A stretch of DNA of 38,975 nt from a virus (IMGVR_UViG_3300005805_000203:1-38975), one strand, 5' to 3'; positions 27,966-36,051 are shown, counted from the first letter of the stretch. The notes: a model not told the origin generated them from the letters alone. Program-made: numbers and translations.

Positions 27966-28105
27966 GATGCCATCCTGTAGAGTCCAATGTTAGCAAAGGC
28001 ATAGCCTGCATAGCAAATGAACATTGCGGTGTTGCCTTTGTACAACTGTTCAAGCGCTACCCAAAGATAGATGATGCCCGTCAATGCGATAAGCCATCCG
28101 CTCAT
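27962..28105 (-). CDS. 47-aa two-helix membrane protein (not in ORF track)
   Basis: MSGWLIALTGIIYLWVALEQLYKGNTAMFICYAGYAFANIGLYRMAS, coupled on both sides. Confidence 0.75.
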   Translation of the reverse strand: MSGWLIALTGIIYLWVALEQLYKGNTAMFICYAGYAFANIGLYRMAS

Positions 28106-28106
28106 A

Positions 28107-28619
28107 TCAATCCCATAACGAACGGTAGTATTTTCCAAACAACCTTAGACCTTTTGTAATGCGTTCTTCGTTTGCTTGTAAGCCTTCAGTGTCAACCTTC
28201 ATTCGATTAAGCTGATCTCTGAGGCTTGCGTTGTCATCAACTTCGGAGTGATCATAAAACTTTGATTCACCTTCCAAGATTGCTTCGAACGTCCAAATCA
28301 TTTCATCCAATATCCAATCCCATCGGGCAAAATGATTGTCGTCAATGTGATCATCTGACGACGTCTCACCCGTTGAGCGGAGATGTTCCGGTACATCTTC
28401 ATTGTCTACAAGTGGAGCACCATGCTTAGTTGCTTTGAGTTGTTTAAGCATTGGAGCAATGATCATTGTTAGCGTATGATCCATGTTCCAAGTATCCCAG
28501 TAGTCGATACGAATATCTACTTTGCGATCTCCGCTCTTTTTGAAACGTCCAATGTATGCTTTCATTTTGTTGTCCAAATAAGATGTCGGTTTCTGATGAG
28601 CGTTGTGGTCGCCGCTCAC
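28107..28619 (-). CDS. Conserved phage protein
   Basis: DTWNMDHTL...PMLKQLK..KHGAP...RWDWILDEMIWTF...GLRLFGKYYRSLWD; alternative start at 28565. Confidence 0.8.
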   Translation of the reverse strand: MSGDHNAHQKPTSYLDNKMKAYIGRFKKSGDRKVDIRIDYWDTWNMDHTLTMIIAPMLKQLKATKHGAPLVDNEDVPEHLRSTGETSSDDHIDDNHFARWDWILDEMIWTFEAILEGESKFYDHSEVDDNASLRDQLNRMKVDTEGLQANEERITKGLRLFGKYYRSLWD

Positions 28620-28795
28620 GTCTTGCCTTCCAGTCGTTTACGCAACGCCTTGATGGTTTCATAGTCGCCGTCCACAAACACCAACGCCTCCAACGCCTGC
28701 CGCAGCAGGGCGGTGTCGTCAGGCGGATGAGTGTACAAAGGGAAAAGTCCTTCTTTCCCGCGCAACGTCGTCCACATCACAGGCTCATTGTTCAT
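28616..28795 (-). CDS. Hypothetical protein
   Basis: PLYTHPP and LLRQALEAL motifs; ATGA coupling. Confidence 0.65.
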   Translation of the reverse strand: MNNEPVMWTTLRGKEGLFPLYTHPPDDTALLRQALEALVFVDGDYETIKALRKRLEGKT

Positions 28796-28911
28796 GATAT
28801 CCACATCCATAATGACAACAACACAAGAAATACTCCAATGCCCCGTAGACATAGCAAGATGAGATCCTGCAACATGTCATATTCATAATCATCAAAGTCT
28901 TGTTTGTTCAC
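28792..28911 (-). CDS. 39-aa single-TM peptide (not in ORF track)
   Basis: GTG start after AAGGGA; MNKQDFDDYEYDMLQDLILLCLRGIGVFLVLLSLWMWIS. Confidence 0.55.
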   Translation of the reverse strand: MNKQDFDDYEYDMLQDLILLCLRGIGVFLVLLSLWMWIS

Positions 28912-29038
28912 GCTGTTCCCTTTCGAGTTGTGCCAATGTAATAATGCCAATGATGGCATTCGTAAGTTCGTCTTCAGTTAACATCTCTTCTCTATCGCAC
29001 ACTGCCCATAGCAGTAGCTCCAGTGCTCTCTCAATCAT
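28892..29038 (-). CDS. 48-aa hypothetical protein (not in ORF track)
   Basis: AAGGAG RBS, ATGA-coupled to the integrase. Confidence 0.6.
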   Translation of the reverse strand: MIERALELLLWAVCDREEMLTEDELTNAIIGIITLAQLEREQREQTRL

Positions 29039-30171
29039 CTCGCACTCCTTTGCAACATCGTCTGTTGCTCAATAAGTTGTTGAGGAAACTGCCTTATCTC
29101 TTGCGCCTTCGCAGCACCCTTGCGGGTGTGAACGAAGTAAGGGGTCACTGACGCAGCATGCTGATGCCCACTCATCTGCATCACCGTCAACAAGTCTCCA
29201 CCATTCTCAATGGTCTCGGTGATAGCGGTGCGACGCAGGTCGCGAAGCTGCAAGGCTCTGTCGAGCTTTGCTTCCTGCATGATGTCAGCAGCATAATTAT
29301 TTATCGTACAAATGCTGTATGGTACGAACTTGCCTTGACGACGCACCATCTGCGGAGCGACGTAGTCGGACAACATGAAGTCTTTCTTCTGCGACAGCAA
29401 CATTGTAGCAAGTCCCGGCGAGATTGGCAACTTCACTGTTGCGCCGCGCTTACTCTGCATGATCGTGACGGTGTTGGTGTCGAAGTCGATGTTCTCCCAT
29501 TTAAGCTTGAGAACGTCGCTGACACGCTGACCCCACTCATAAATCATGTAGAAAATAAGTCCGGCATTGCGCCATTGCCAACGGCTGAATGCAGTGTTGA
29601 GGAATGCAAGCACATTGGTGCGCTCCCACATTACTTTGCGCTTCTTCACCGTTTGTTTACGCACTTTCTCAAACGGGTTGTGTCGGGTGTATCCACAACG
29701 AATAGCATAGTTGAGGACGACGCGATACACCGTCATGTTGTAGTTGGCAGTGTGTGTCGTCGTCCTGCGCGTCTCTTCGTCGTACATGCGCTGTATCATG
29801 GGCGTTTCCAACGTGGACAGCTTGTGATGCTGTAACGCCAATCCTGCGACACGTACATTGCGCCATGCTTCGATGGCGATTTTATATTGACGCTTTGTGA
29901 TGTTGGTCAGCTTCGTGAAGTCGACACTGTGCAGATAGGCAAAGATAACATCTTTGACTTTGCCGTCCTTCTGCAATCCGGTGATGTGTTTTATTTCTGT
30001 TCGCCATTCGTCGATGCGGCTGTTGCATTCTGTAGCGTACGCAACAGCGTCGTTCATGCTTGTCAGCGGGAACGATTTACGCTTCACCACACCGGCGTCT
30101 ACAGCGCTCTGTGGCGGATTGTAATAGACGTCAGTGGCACGATGGCGCAGGTGAAGAGGAAGGTCGGTCAT
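29035..30171 (-). CDS. int: Tyrosine recombinase/integrase
   Basis: GQRVSD (R), QSKRG (K), RDLRRT (H/R-x-x-R), SGH and PY catalytic motifs; NPF core-binding motif. Confidence 0.9.
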   Translation of the reverse strand: MTDLPLHLRHRATDVYYNPPQSAVDAGVVKRKSFPLTSMNDAVAYATECNSRIDEWRTEIKHITGLQKDGKVKDVIFAYLHSVDFTKLTNITKRQYKIAIEAWRNVRVAGLALQHHKLSTLETPMIQRMYDEETRRTTTHTANYNMTVYRVVLNYAIRCGYTRHNPFEKVRKQTVKKRKVMWERTNVLAFLNTAFSRWQWRNAGLIFYMIYEWGQRVSDVLKLKWENIDFDTNTVTIMQSKRGATVKLPISPGLATMLLSQKKDFMLSDYVAPQMVRRQGKFVPYSICTINNYAADIMQEAKLDRALQLRDLRRTAITETIENGGDLLTVMQMSGHQHAASVTPYFVHTRKGAAKAQEIRQFPQQLIEQQTMLQRSAR

Positions 30172-30374
30172 GCTTCGGCGCTTCGGGTAACGGGTTTGTA
30201 GATGGTGTTCATCGTCTCGAATCCACCGTCGTCGAGGTCACGCAGAATGAGCGATGTACGTACCCACTCTTGTCCGAGTCGCGGATGATCATACGCCCAC
30301 ACTTTCGCATACGTGCCACCGTGACTTTCGTGCAACTCGAAACTACTTTCTTCGTATTTCACTACAGGTTTCAT
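30168..30374 (-). CDS. Hypothetical protein
   Basis: DHPRLG..WVRTS...FETMNTIY; coupled on both sides. Confidence 0.75.
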   Translation of the reverse strand: MKPVVKYEESSFELHESHGGTYAKVWAYDHPRLGQEWVRTSLILRDLDDGGFETMNTIYKPVTRSAEA

Positions 30375-31207
30375 TTCATTGCTCCAATCTCAAATAGTTT
30401 ATTTGCAACTTCGAAGATACGATCTTTGTTTTGCAATGCGTCGATATATTCCTTCGGAAAACAATCGATGCCTTCACGTGCCCCAACCCACATTCCTGCA
30501 ACGCAAGCATTGGTGTCGGTGTCCCATCCATAAGCTACAGCACGTCGCAATACTTCGCCACCGTCGCCATGTCCATAGTGAATGGCATAGCGTGCTGCAT
30601 TGAATGCATACATTATGCTGCCCTTGCCGTCACGGAATAATGCAGGATTGCGATAGAGTGATGCATTGAATGGGCCGGGAGCACCCATCACTTCCTGAAT
30701 AAACAACGCAGTGTAATTTAGAATGTCTGAGTTGCCGTGTGTCATCAGACTAGCAGCGACAGCGTCGGCAACAGCTTCCATAGGACGTCGATGATTGGCA
30801 GCAATGCATGCAGCAATACGCATGATGCTGCCGTTGCCGCTGTCGTGTGTGCCGCCTGTCGCAGCGTATGGACGCTCTGCTGACATGCGTCCGATAGCAT
30901 GATCTGTCGTGCGTCCAATGTCCACGATGCTGCCGACACGTGTGCCATACGTGCCATTCCTGCGCCAATCGATGAAGCGCTTAGCTGCGTCCTGTGCGTC
31001 GAACTTACCACGGGCAACGTAGCTTTCTGCAAGCGCAAGGGTCAACGCACCGTCGTCGGTGTACTCGCCCAACGTTACGCCATGAGATCCGCCCGTCGTC
31101 AGCTTGACATCCTCATGTGAGATGGCAGGGCCAAATTCATACGGCGCACCCAACATATCGCCGAGAAAAGCACCGACAAACATTCCAATAACTTGATCAC
31201 GATTCAT
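30371..31207 (-). CDS. ADP-ribosylglycohydrolase (DraG/ARH family)
   Basis: GDMLG, GEYTDDG, GNGSIMR, THG and GWDTDTNACVAG motifs. Confidence 0.93.
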   Translation of the reverse strand: MNRDQVIGMFVGAFLGDMLGAPYEFGPAISHEDVKLTTGGSHGVTLGEYTDDGALTLALAESYVARGKFDAQDAAKRFIDWRRNGTYGTRVGSIVDIGRTTDHAIGRMSAERPYAATGGTHDSGNGSIMRIAACIAANHRRPMEAVADAVAASLMTHGNSDILNYTALFIQEVMGAPGPFNASLYRNPALFRDGKGSIMYAFNAARYAIHYGHGDGGEVLRRAVAYGWDTDTNACVAGMWVGAREGIDCFPKEYIDALQNKDRIFEVANKLFEIGAMK

Positions 31208-31421
31208 CTTCTTCCTTACGTTTTCGCAACGGAGTTACTTGTGCCGCTGCGGGGATATGAAATATCTTTCCTGCCATGTCGAGGCAATATGAATACATGC
31301 CGTCGAGATGATCGAAATAAAAATACTGTTCGCAAAACTTCACATAGTTGTGGCGAGGTACTGTATACAGCGGTGTTGGTTTCATGTGAATCCAATCGCG
31401 CAGATCAACTTCGCTTATCAT
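31197..31421 (-). CDS. Hypothetical protein
   Basis: FDHLDGMYSYC motif; ATGA coupling. Confidence 0.75.
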   Translation of the reverse strand: MISEVDLRDWIHMKPTPLYTVPRHNYVKFCEQYFYFDHLDGMYSYCLDMAGKIFHIPAAAQVTPLRKRKEEDES

Positions 31422-31564
31422 TTGAGATGTCCTTTCTTCGGCTTAATCTTCTTCACCCGATTATTTGGATGCAAAAGATATTTAGTGCCGAGTCGATTGA
31501 TGGCGTCTTTTAGACGCTCATTATTACGCTCGCGGATTTCGTTGAGTTGCTGTTCGATGTTCAT
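31418..31564 (-). CDS. Small basic hypothetical protein
   Basis: MNIEQQLNEIR...LGTKYLLHPNN. Confidence 0.65.
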   Translation of the reverse strand: MNIEQQLNEIRERNNERLKDAINRLGTKYLLHPNNRVKKIKPKKGHLK

Positions 31565-31577
31565 GTTAATAGTCGAA

Positions 31578-31611
31578 GAAAAAAAGGTAGCGCCATCAGC
31601 AACGCTACCCA
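31578..31611 (-). terminator. Rho-independent terminator closing the early region
   Basis: Minus strand GGTAGCGTT-GCTGAT-GGCGCTACC followed by a long T run. Confidence 0.8.
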
Positions 31612-31627
31612 AAAAAGGCTGTCGTCG

Positions 31628-31900
31628 TCAGACACGATAGTGCTGATAGCTACGCACCCGGCTGTCCTTGTCTGTGTGCTTCTCAACGCACTTGATGCGG
31701 GTGTTGCGTTGGTTGAGCGCTTCAATCAACAGAGGGAAGTCGCAGTCTTCCTCAAGGTACGCATAGTCTCCGCGCTGATACGAATAACATGACACTTTGT
31801 CGGCAATGCCGAGGTTTTGTAACACGCTACGTTTAACCTTTGCCCATGCATGACCGGGATCTGCATAGACGGTGACGGTAAATTGCTTTTGATTGTTCAC
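31628..31900 (-). CDS. Conserved phage protein (DPGH...YLEEDCD)
   Basis: YADPGHAWAKV, SCYSY, AYLEEDCD; GAGAGGAAA RBS. Confidence 0.75.
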   Translation of the reverse strand: MNNQKQFTVTVYADPGHAWAKVKRSVLQNLGIADKVSCYSYQRGDYAYLEEDCDFPLLIEALNQRNTRIKCVEKHTDKDSRVRSYQHYRV

Positions 31901-31911
31901 GATGTTTCCTC

Positions 31912-32076
31912 TCAGAATGGTGCAGGTAATGCAAGAGTAAGCGCTTGCTCACCTTGCTTACGCTGTTGTCGTTGTAAAAAACGACGCTGCCGTTGTCGTT
32001 GTGACTCGGGCAGCGTTACGCCTTTGTAGGTAGGGAAAGGCCACACAAGCGGTAGCCTTTCGTTGTTGCGTTGCAT
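31912..32076 (-). CDS. 54-aa Arg/Gln-rich peptide (not in ORF track)
   Basis: MQRNNERLPLVWPFPTYKGVTLPESQRQRQRRFLQRQQRKQGEQALTLALPAPF; TAATG-coupled to the DUF932 gene. Confidence 0.6.
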   Translation of the reverse strand: MQRNNERLPLVWPFPTYKGVTLPESQRQRQRRFLQRQQRKQGEQALTLALPAPF

Positions 32077-32930
32077 TACGCCGGGAGCAGGTCGAACAAC
32101 TCACGGTTGATGCGGACATGCTCAGCCACTGCGGTGACAGGGCGAGCCTTACGCATGCCAATGTTATTGTCGGTGATCGACTTGATCATGACGTTGCCAC
32201 GCAACACATTCTCCTGAATGCGATTCCACACGGTGAAGGCGTCACTCAGATCATCTTCGCTACGCTGTACACCCAACGCATCACGGATGGTCTTGTCAAC
32301 AGCGTAGCTGCCCTTGATGGGGCGACCATCGACATCGACAATGCTGTCGTCCCATGCACCCCAACGCTTCATCACGGCTTGCTTTGCAAGCTCATACTGT
32401 TGCATGCCATCAAGGGTGATGCTACGGGCAACATCGAACTGTTGCAACACCGAAGGCAAAGCTTCGATGGTAGAGCGCAGGGATTGCTCGAATCCTGCAA
32501 TCGACTTCGTCGTGTGGTAGATGCGCTGTTGCATACCTTCCCCGGCAACGATGCCGTTGGAGCAGATGAAGCGGTATGCCCCGGCAAACAAACGCAGGGC
32601 AGAGCTACCATCGTGGCTGTTGTACACAATGATCTCGCCACGGGTTTGACCGTCACCCTGATCGTCAGCCTTGCTGAAAGCAACCATGTGGGTCTTGTGC
32701 TCAGCCTTGACAACACTGCCCTTCGTGGGGCGCTTTTGTGCGGCTTGCACAGGGAAGTAGCCGTAGTCTGCCATGATGGGCAACAGATCCGCAGTGCGGA
32801 AGGCGGCATAGCGATCCGTCAGACGCTCAGCCTTGGTGTCCGAGAACATAGCGGGAGCACGCTGTTGCATGTCTTCGACAGTGAGGATACCGTTGTCGTT
32901 GCGGCGGGAGAAGATGAGGGATTGACGCAT
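32076..32930 (-). CDS. DUF932 family (phage/plasmid-like) protein
   Basis: NSHDGSSA...AGAYRFICSNG, R.ED...FTVWNRIQEN; start at MRQSL after GAAAGGAAA. Confidence 0.88.
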   Translation of the reverse strand: MRQSLIFSRRNDNGILTVEDMQQRAPAMFSDTKAERLTDRYAAFRTADLLPIMADYGYFPVQAAQKRPTKGSVVKAEHKTHMVAFSKADDQGDGQTRGEIIVYNSHDGSSALRLFAGAYRFICSNGIVAGEGMQQRIYHTTKSIAGFEQSLRSTIEALPSVLQQFDVARSITLDGMQQYELAKQAVMKRWGAWDDSIVDVDGRPIKGSYAVDKTIRDALGVQRSEDDLSDAFTVWNRIQENVLRGNVMIKSITDNNIGMRKARPVTAVAEHVRINRELFDLLPA

Positions 32931-32983
32931 GGTGTTTCCTTTCGGGGGTGTTATCGACAGCGACATTGCCGTCGATGGGTTGC

Positions 32984-33013
32984 ATTGTATGTCGAAATAA
33001 ATAGTCGAGTCAA
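32984..33013 (-). promoter_or_regulatory. Early sigma70 promoter
   Basis: TTGACT-N18-TACAAT. Confidence 0.75.
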
Positions 33014-33021
33014 GTGTGGGG

Positions 33022-33228
33022 CTATTCGTCGTCGGGTTTGATGTTGACCCATGACAACGTGTCGCTATCCCACATGAGGGGCGAGAGCGGAAGCTTCCAC
33101 TGTATGACAACCTCAAGCGCCTCTACAATCGTAGACTTGGTTGCACACAGGGGCATGCCTGCCCTAGCGTCGATGACAGCATAGCCTTGCGACTCGCTAC
33201 CGGAAATATAAAATTGATGTTCAAGCAT
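33022..33228 (-). CDS. Hypothetical protein
   Basis: GAGG RBS; start MLEHQFY. Confidence 0.6.
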   Translation of the reverse strand: MLEHQFYISGSESQGYAVIDARAGMPLCATKSTIVEALEVVIQWKLPLSPLMWDSDTLSWVNIKPDDE

Positions 33229-33236
33229 AGCTTGCC

Positions 33237-33593
33237 TCACAGTAGGTCTTCGGGGATGTCGACTTCGTCTCCCAACACCGACGATACGTAAGCACGCATC
33301 GCTGCAATGAGCGGTGTTGCGCCTTGCTCTTCTGCGCCACTCGGTAGCGTAGCTATCCAAGGTCTGCCGTTGGACTTGAGCGGATTGTAGTCGAGTGTGA
33401 TGAGTTCACGCTCAATGATGGCTCCGCCTTGTGACCAGTTGAGCGAAGGCTCCCACACTAGGCGATACGCATTGCTGAGAATAATTTTCCATGACACAAC
33501 TTCGTTGTGATCAAGCTCAGCCTTGTGCCCTTCAGCGGTTGCCACTGCCCAGTCAAGGGCGAAGCCGTTGATGATGCTTGTCTTTACTTTCAT
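33237..33593 (-). CDS. DUF2591/NinX family protein, copy 2
   Basis: ALDWAVA..EG, PS.NWSQGGAIIERE, PLIAAMRAYV...GDEVDIPE. Confidence 0.88.
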   Translation of the reverse strand: MKVKTSIINGFALDWAVATAEGHKAELDHNEVVSWKIILSNAYRLVWEPSLNWSQGGAIIERELITLDYNPLKSNGRPWIATLPSGAEEQGATPLIAAMRAYVSSVLGDEVDIPEDLL

Positions 33594-33613
33594 ATCGTTT
33601 CCTTTCAGGAAAA

Positions 33614-33931
33614 TTACAGTAGATTTTCGGGAATGTCAACCTCATCACCTAGGCAAGAGGCAACATAGCAGCGCATGGCTGCGATTAGGGATGTGTCACC
33701 ATCAGCAGAAAAGCCGGGACGTTCAGCCGTCCAGCCGGGGATTAAAGCAATCCCCTCCCGCTCAATGATGGCTCCGCCTTGTGCCCAATCTGTTGATGGG
33801 GTGAATGCCACAGCCGTAAACGGGTCTTGTCCCTTGACGTCCGCCACTACATAGGAGTGCGGTCTTCCCTCACACTTCGCCACTACCCAGTCGAGCGCGG
33901 CTCCATCAAGTATGTTAGTCTTCACTTTCAT
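33614..33931 (-). CDS. DUF2591/NinX family protein, copy 1
   Basis: ALDWVVAKCEG, PSTDWAQGGAIIERE, LIAAMRCYV...GDEVDIPE. Confidence 0.88.
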   Translation of the reverse strand: MKVKTNILDGAALDWVVAKCEGRPHSYVVADVKGQDPFTAVAFTPSTDWAQGGAIIEREGIALIPGWTAERPGFSADGDTSLIAAMRCYVASCLGDEVDIPENLL

Positions 33932-33942
33932 ATCGTTTCCTT

Positions 33943-34404
33943 TCAGGAAAAGCTGTATACACCAATGACACGGGTACGGGGTCGGGTTGCAAACGTATCG
34001 ATGATACGTCCGTTGATGAGTGCAAACACATGTCCACGCACCGACACAATGTGACGTCCCGTGGGATAGCGTGATGCAATGTTGGCAACGGTGCAACCCT
34101 TACTGTCGACATCGTCAGCACCGCATTGGTACAGCGACATCAGCCTATCGCGCCGCTTCCCCGTCTCACCCAGTGTGGTGAAGGTAGCGCCAAATATCTT
34201 CGCCACTTCGTGGGTTGTCGTCACCTTCGTACCACGGAATTGCTTGCGTCCCTTGCGGAAGAACAGGTCACGCAGGTTGGGGTAGGTGTCGACGCCAACG
34301 TTAGCGAATGCTCGAATGACGCAGTCATTTTTATCTTCGAGTCCGAAGTCCGCCGCCATGTATCCGGGTTCGGCAGGGATGTGGGTGATGGTGAGTGTTC
34401 GCAT
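33943..34404 (-). CDS. Conserved phage protein with papain-like Cys-His-Asp pattern
   Basis: DCVIRA...GHVFALINGRIIDT. Confidence 0.65.
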   Translation of the reverse strand: MRTLTITHIPAEPGYMAADFGLEDKNDCVIRAFANVGVDTYPNLRDLFFRKGRKQFRGTKVTTTHEVAKIFGATFTTLGETGKRRDRLMSLYQCGADDVDSKGCTVANIASRYPTGRHIVSVRGHVFALINGRIIDTFATRPRTRVIGVYSFS

Positions 34405-34417
34405 GTTGCGGAGCCTT

Positions 34418-34597
34418 TCAGTAAAAGCTGACGATGACAGCCGAAGCTTCGGCAGGGTATGCGTCTACCCATTCGTCTGCGCTGTTGCGCTTGATGGTGT
34501 AGTGCATGAACGTTGCGTTGCCCCATACGACGACGACAACGTGTCGTGCAAAGGTACGGATGAGACTGCGACGGATGGCGCTGATAATGTCACGCAT
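34418..34597 (-). CDS. 59-aa hypothetical protein (not in ORF track)
   Basis: Preceded by the TCCTGAAAGGA RBS motif; MRDIISAIRRSLIRTFARH...AVIVSFY. Confidence 0.7.
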   Translation of the reverse strand: MRDIISAIRRSLIRTFARHVVVVVWGNATFMHYTIKRNSADEWVDAYPAEASAVIVSFY

Positions 34598-34615
34598 TGC
34601 TGTGTCCTTTCAGGA

Positions 34616-34873
34616 TTAAAACAAAATTTCCCAGTTTTCGCAGTTGGTAGAACCGTCCACGATTTCATATGCCGCCGCTTTGATGCATGACGATTCGTCG
34701 TCGTCTTCCCAATCATAGATATTAATATCTATTTTGTTTGACAACTCTGTCATGTCGCCGACGTACGTTATCCACACGTCGCCATCGTATGTACCATCAC
34801 GCAACATCTGTTGGAGTTGGGCATCCGCCCACTTCCCGAGAGTTTCGATTTGGGATAGCGTCAGATCAAGCAT
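34616..34873 (-). CDS. Acidic hypothetical protein
   Basis: TTCCTGAAAGGAAA RBS; start MLDLTL. Confidence 0.75.
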   Translation of the reverse strand: MLDLTLSQIETLGKWADAQLQQMLRDGTYDGDVWITYVGDMTELSNKIDINIYDWEDDDESSCIKAAAYEIVDGSTNCENWEILF

Positions 34874-34921
34874 GTTATTTCCTTTCAGGAATCCGACAGC
34901 GGGGTGCTGTCGATGGGTTGA

Positions 34922-34951
34922 AGTATACGGGATAAATAATTCCCGAGTCAA
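34922..34951 (-). promoter_or_regulatory. Early sigma70 promoter with palindromic spacer
   Basis: TTGACT-CGGGAATTATTTATCCCG-TATACT. Confidence 0.75.
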
Positions 34952-35346
34952 GCGGAGGGTTTTGTACACCATGCATACACTACGCTTCGTCCCTGACGGG
35001 CAGCAACAACAGCGGAAGATGCGCTTTGCATTGGAATTTCACTGACCGCATGCACAAAATTGCGGAACTTGTAGGGGTTATATTTAAGAGGGGAATATAT
35101 GCGCTCAGCAAGACTCAGCATGGCTTCGTCAATGCCCATGCTGATAAGCTCACCGACAACACCGGCATGCACATTCTTGCGTTGCTCACGAATGACACGC
35201 TGTCGACCCGCCTCTGACACCTTGAAGGTGACATTTTTCATCATGACCATGTCGGCATGGGCAATGACACGTCCTTTGCGCTCACCTTCGAGTGCCTTCA
35301 CACTCAGGCACTTACGATGCAGATTGAAGTAGACGAAAACTCGCAT
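34948..35346 (-). CDS. Conserved phage protein
   Basis: VYFNLH...SV...GRVIAH...FKVSEAGRQRV...KNVHAGVVG...YNPYK. Confidence 0.8.
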   Translation of the reverse strand: MRVFVYFNLHRKCLSVKALEGERKGRVIAHADMVMMKNVTFKVSEAGRQRVIREQRKNVHAGVVGELISMGIDEAMLSLAERIYSPLKYNPYKFRNFVHAVSEIPMQSASSAVVAARQGRSVVYAWCTKPSA

Positions 35347-35378
35347 GCTGTTTCCCTCCGGGATGTTGATGGGGCTAC

Positions 35379-35407
35379 ATTATAGGGACATTGAATATCC
35401 CTGTCAA
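35379..35407 (-). promoter_or_regulatory. Perfect-consensus sigma70 promoter with palindromic spacer
   Basis: TTGACA-GGGATATTCAATGTCCC-TATAAT (17-bp spacer). Confidence 0.9.
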
Positions 35408-35415
35408 GTGTGGGG

Positions 35416-35634
35416 TTAATAATCGAGCCAGTCACCCCGGGCTTCGATGAGTTCACGTGCCGTCTCTACTTCGTAGAGATCGATGGCATGTTGCTCCGTC
35501 GCCTCCGGGCCGAAGGCTAACACGGGGCACCAACGTCCGGTAGCACCCCGAGCAAGGGCATACGCACCCTTGACAGGCTTGTCATACATGACGTCCGTAA
35601 TGTCACATTGGGTGACGTATGCTTCAATGTACAT
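35416..35634 (-). CDS. Hypothetical protein
   Basis: TTCCTGAAAGGAAA RBS. Confidence 0.75.
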   Translation of the reverse strand: MYIEAYVTQCDITDVMYDKPVKGAYALARGATGRWCPVLAFGPEATEQHAIDLYEVETARELIEARGDWLDY

Positions 35635-35645
35635 GTTGTTTCCTT

Positions 35646-35954
35646 TCAGGAACCGAGGATGAGACGCAACACCGACACGGTTTCGTTGTTTTTAACAACG
35701 ACTCCGTTGTGATAGATGCCTTCGAAGAAGGCGTGATGCATGTCGCGGGTCTTGCTCTGTTGTGCTTTAGCACAAGCGAAGAGCTTTGCCCACGTCGGAT
35801 TTTCCATTACCCGAGAGACGTAGTCTCTTGAATTGTCGCCGCCGAAATATGTGTCGGCATCAACGACAACAATGCACTTGCCTTTGAAGGCAACGTCGCT
35901 ACGCTTTGCGTATCCGTTGCGGGAATTACCCGAGACGCTGAAGATCATTGTCAT
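35646..35954 (-). CDS. Hypothetical protein
   Basis: TTCCTGAAAGGAAA RBS; NPTW...D.HHAFFEGI...LILGS motif. Confidence 0.75.
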   Translation of the reverse strand: MTMIFSVSGNSRNGYAKRSDVAFKGKCIVVVDADTYFGGDNSRDYVSRVMENPTWAKLFACAKAQQSKTRDMHHAFFEGIYHNGVVVKNNETVSVLRLILGS

Positions 35955-35979
35955 GTTGTTTCCTTTCAGGAAAAGGTTG

Positions 35980-36051
35980 TCAGAATGCGTCGCGTTCAAT
36001 CAACACGAACACGATGATGAGTGCTACGATGATGGCGAGGAAATAGTACAT
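35980..36051 (-). CDS. 23-aa single-TM microprotein (not in ORF track)
   Basis: GAAAGGA RBS; MYYFLAIIVALIIVFVLIERDAF. Confidence 0.55.
   Translation of the reverse strand: MYYFLAIIVALIIVFVLIERDAF

Noticed and set aside
32118-33041. 307-aa + strand ORF and the other long antisense ORFs opposite RNR, PolB, primase and integrase
   Set aside because: Shadow frames of well-supported genes on the other strand, with no RBS or recognisable motifs
32931-33116. N-terminal extensions in the ORF track (DUF932, NinX copy 1, GP88, 34616, 35646, 38509, RNR, primase ORFs)
   Set aside because: Extensions run through promoters or the RBS motif, which translates as the recurring FLKGN peptide; the likely starts are the ATGs just after the RBS
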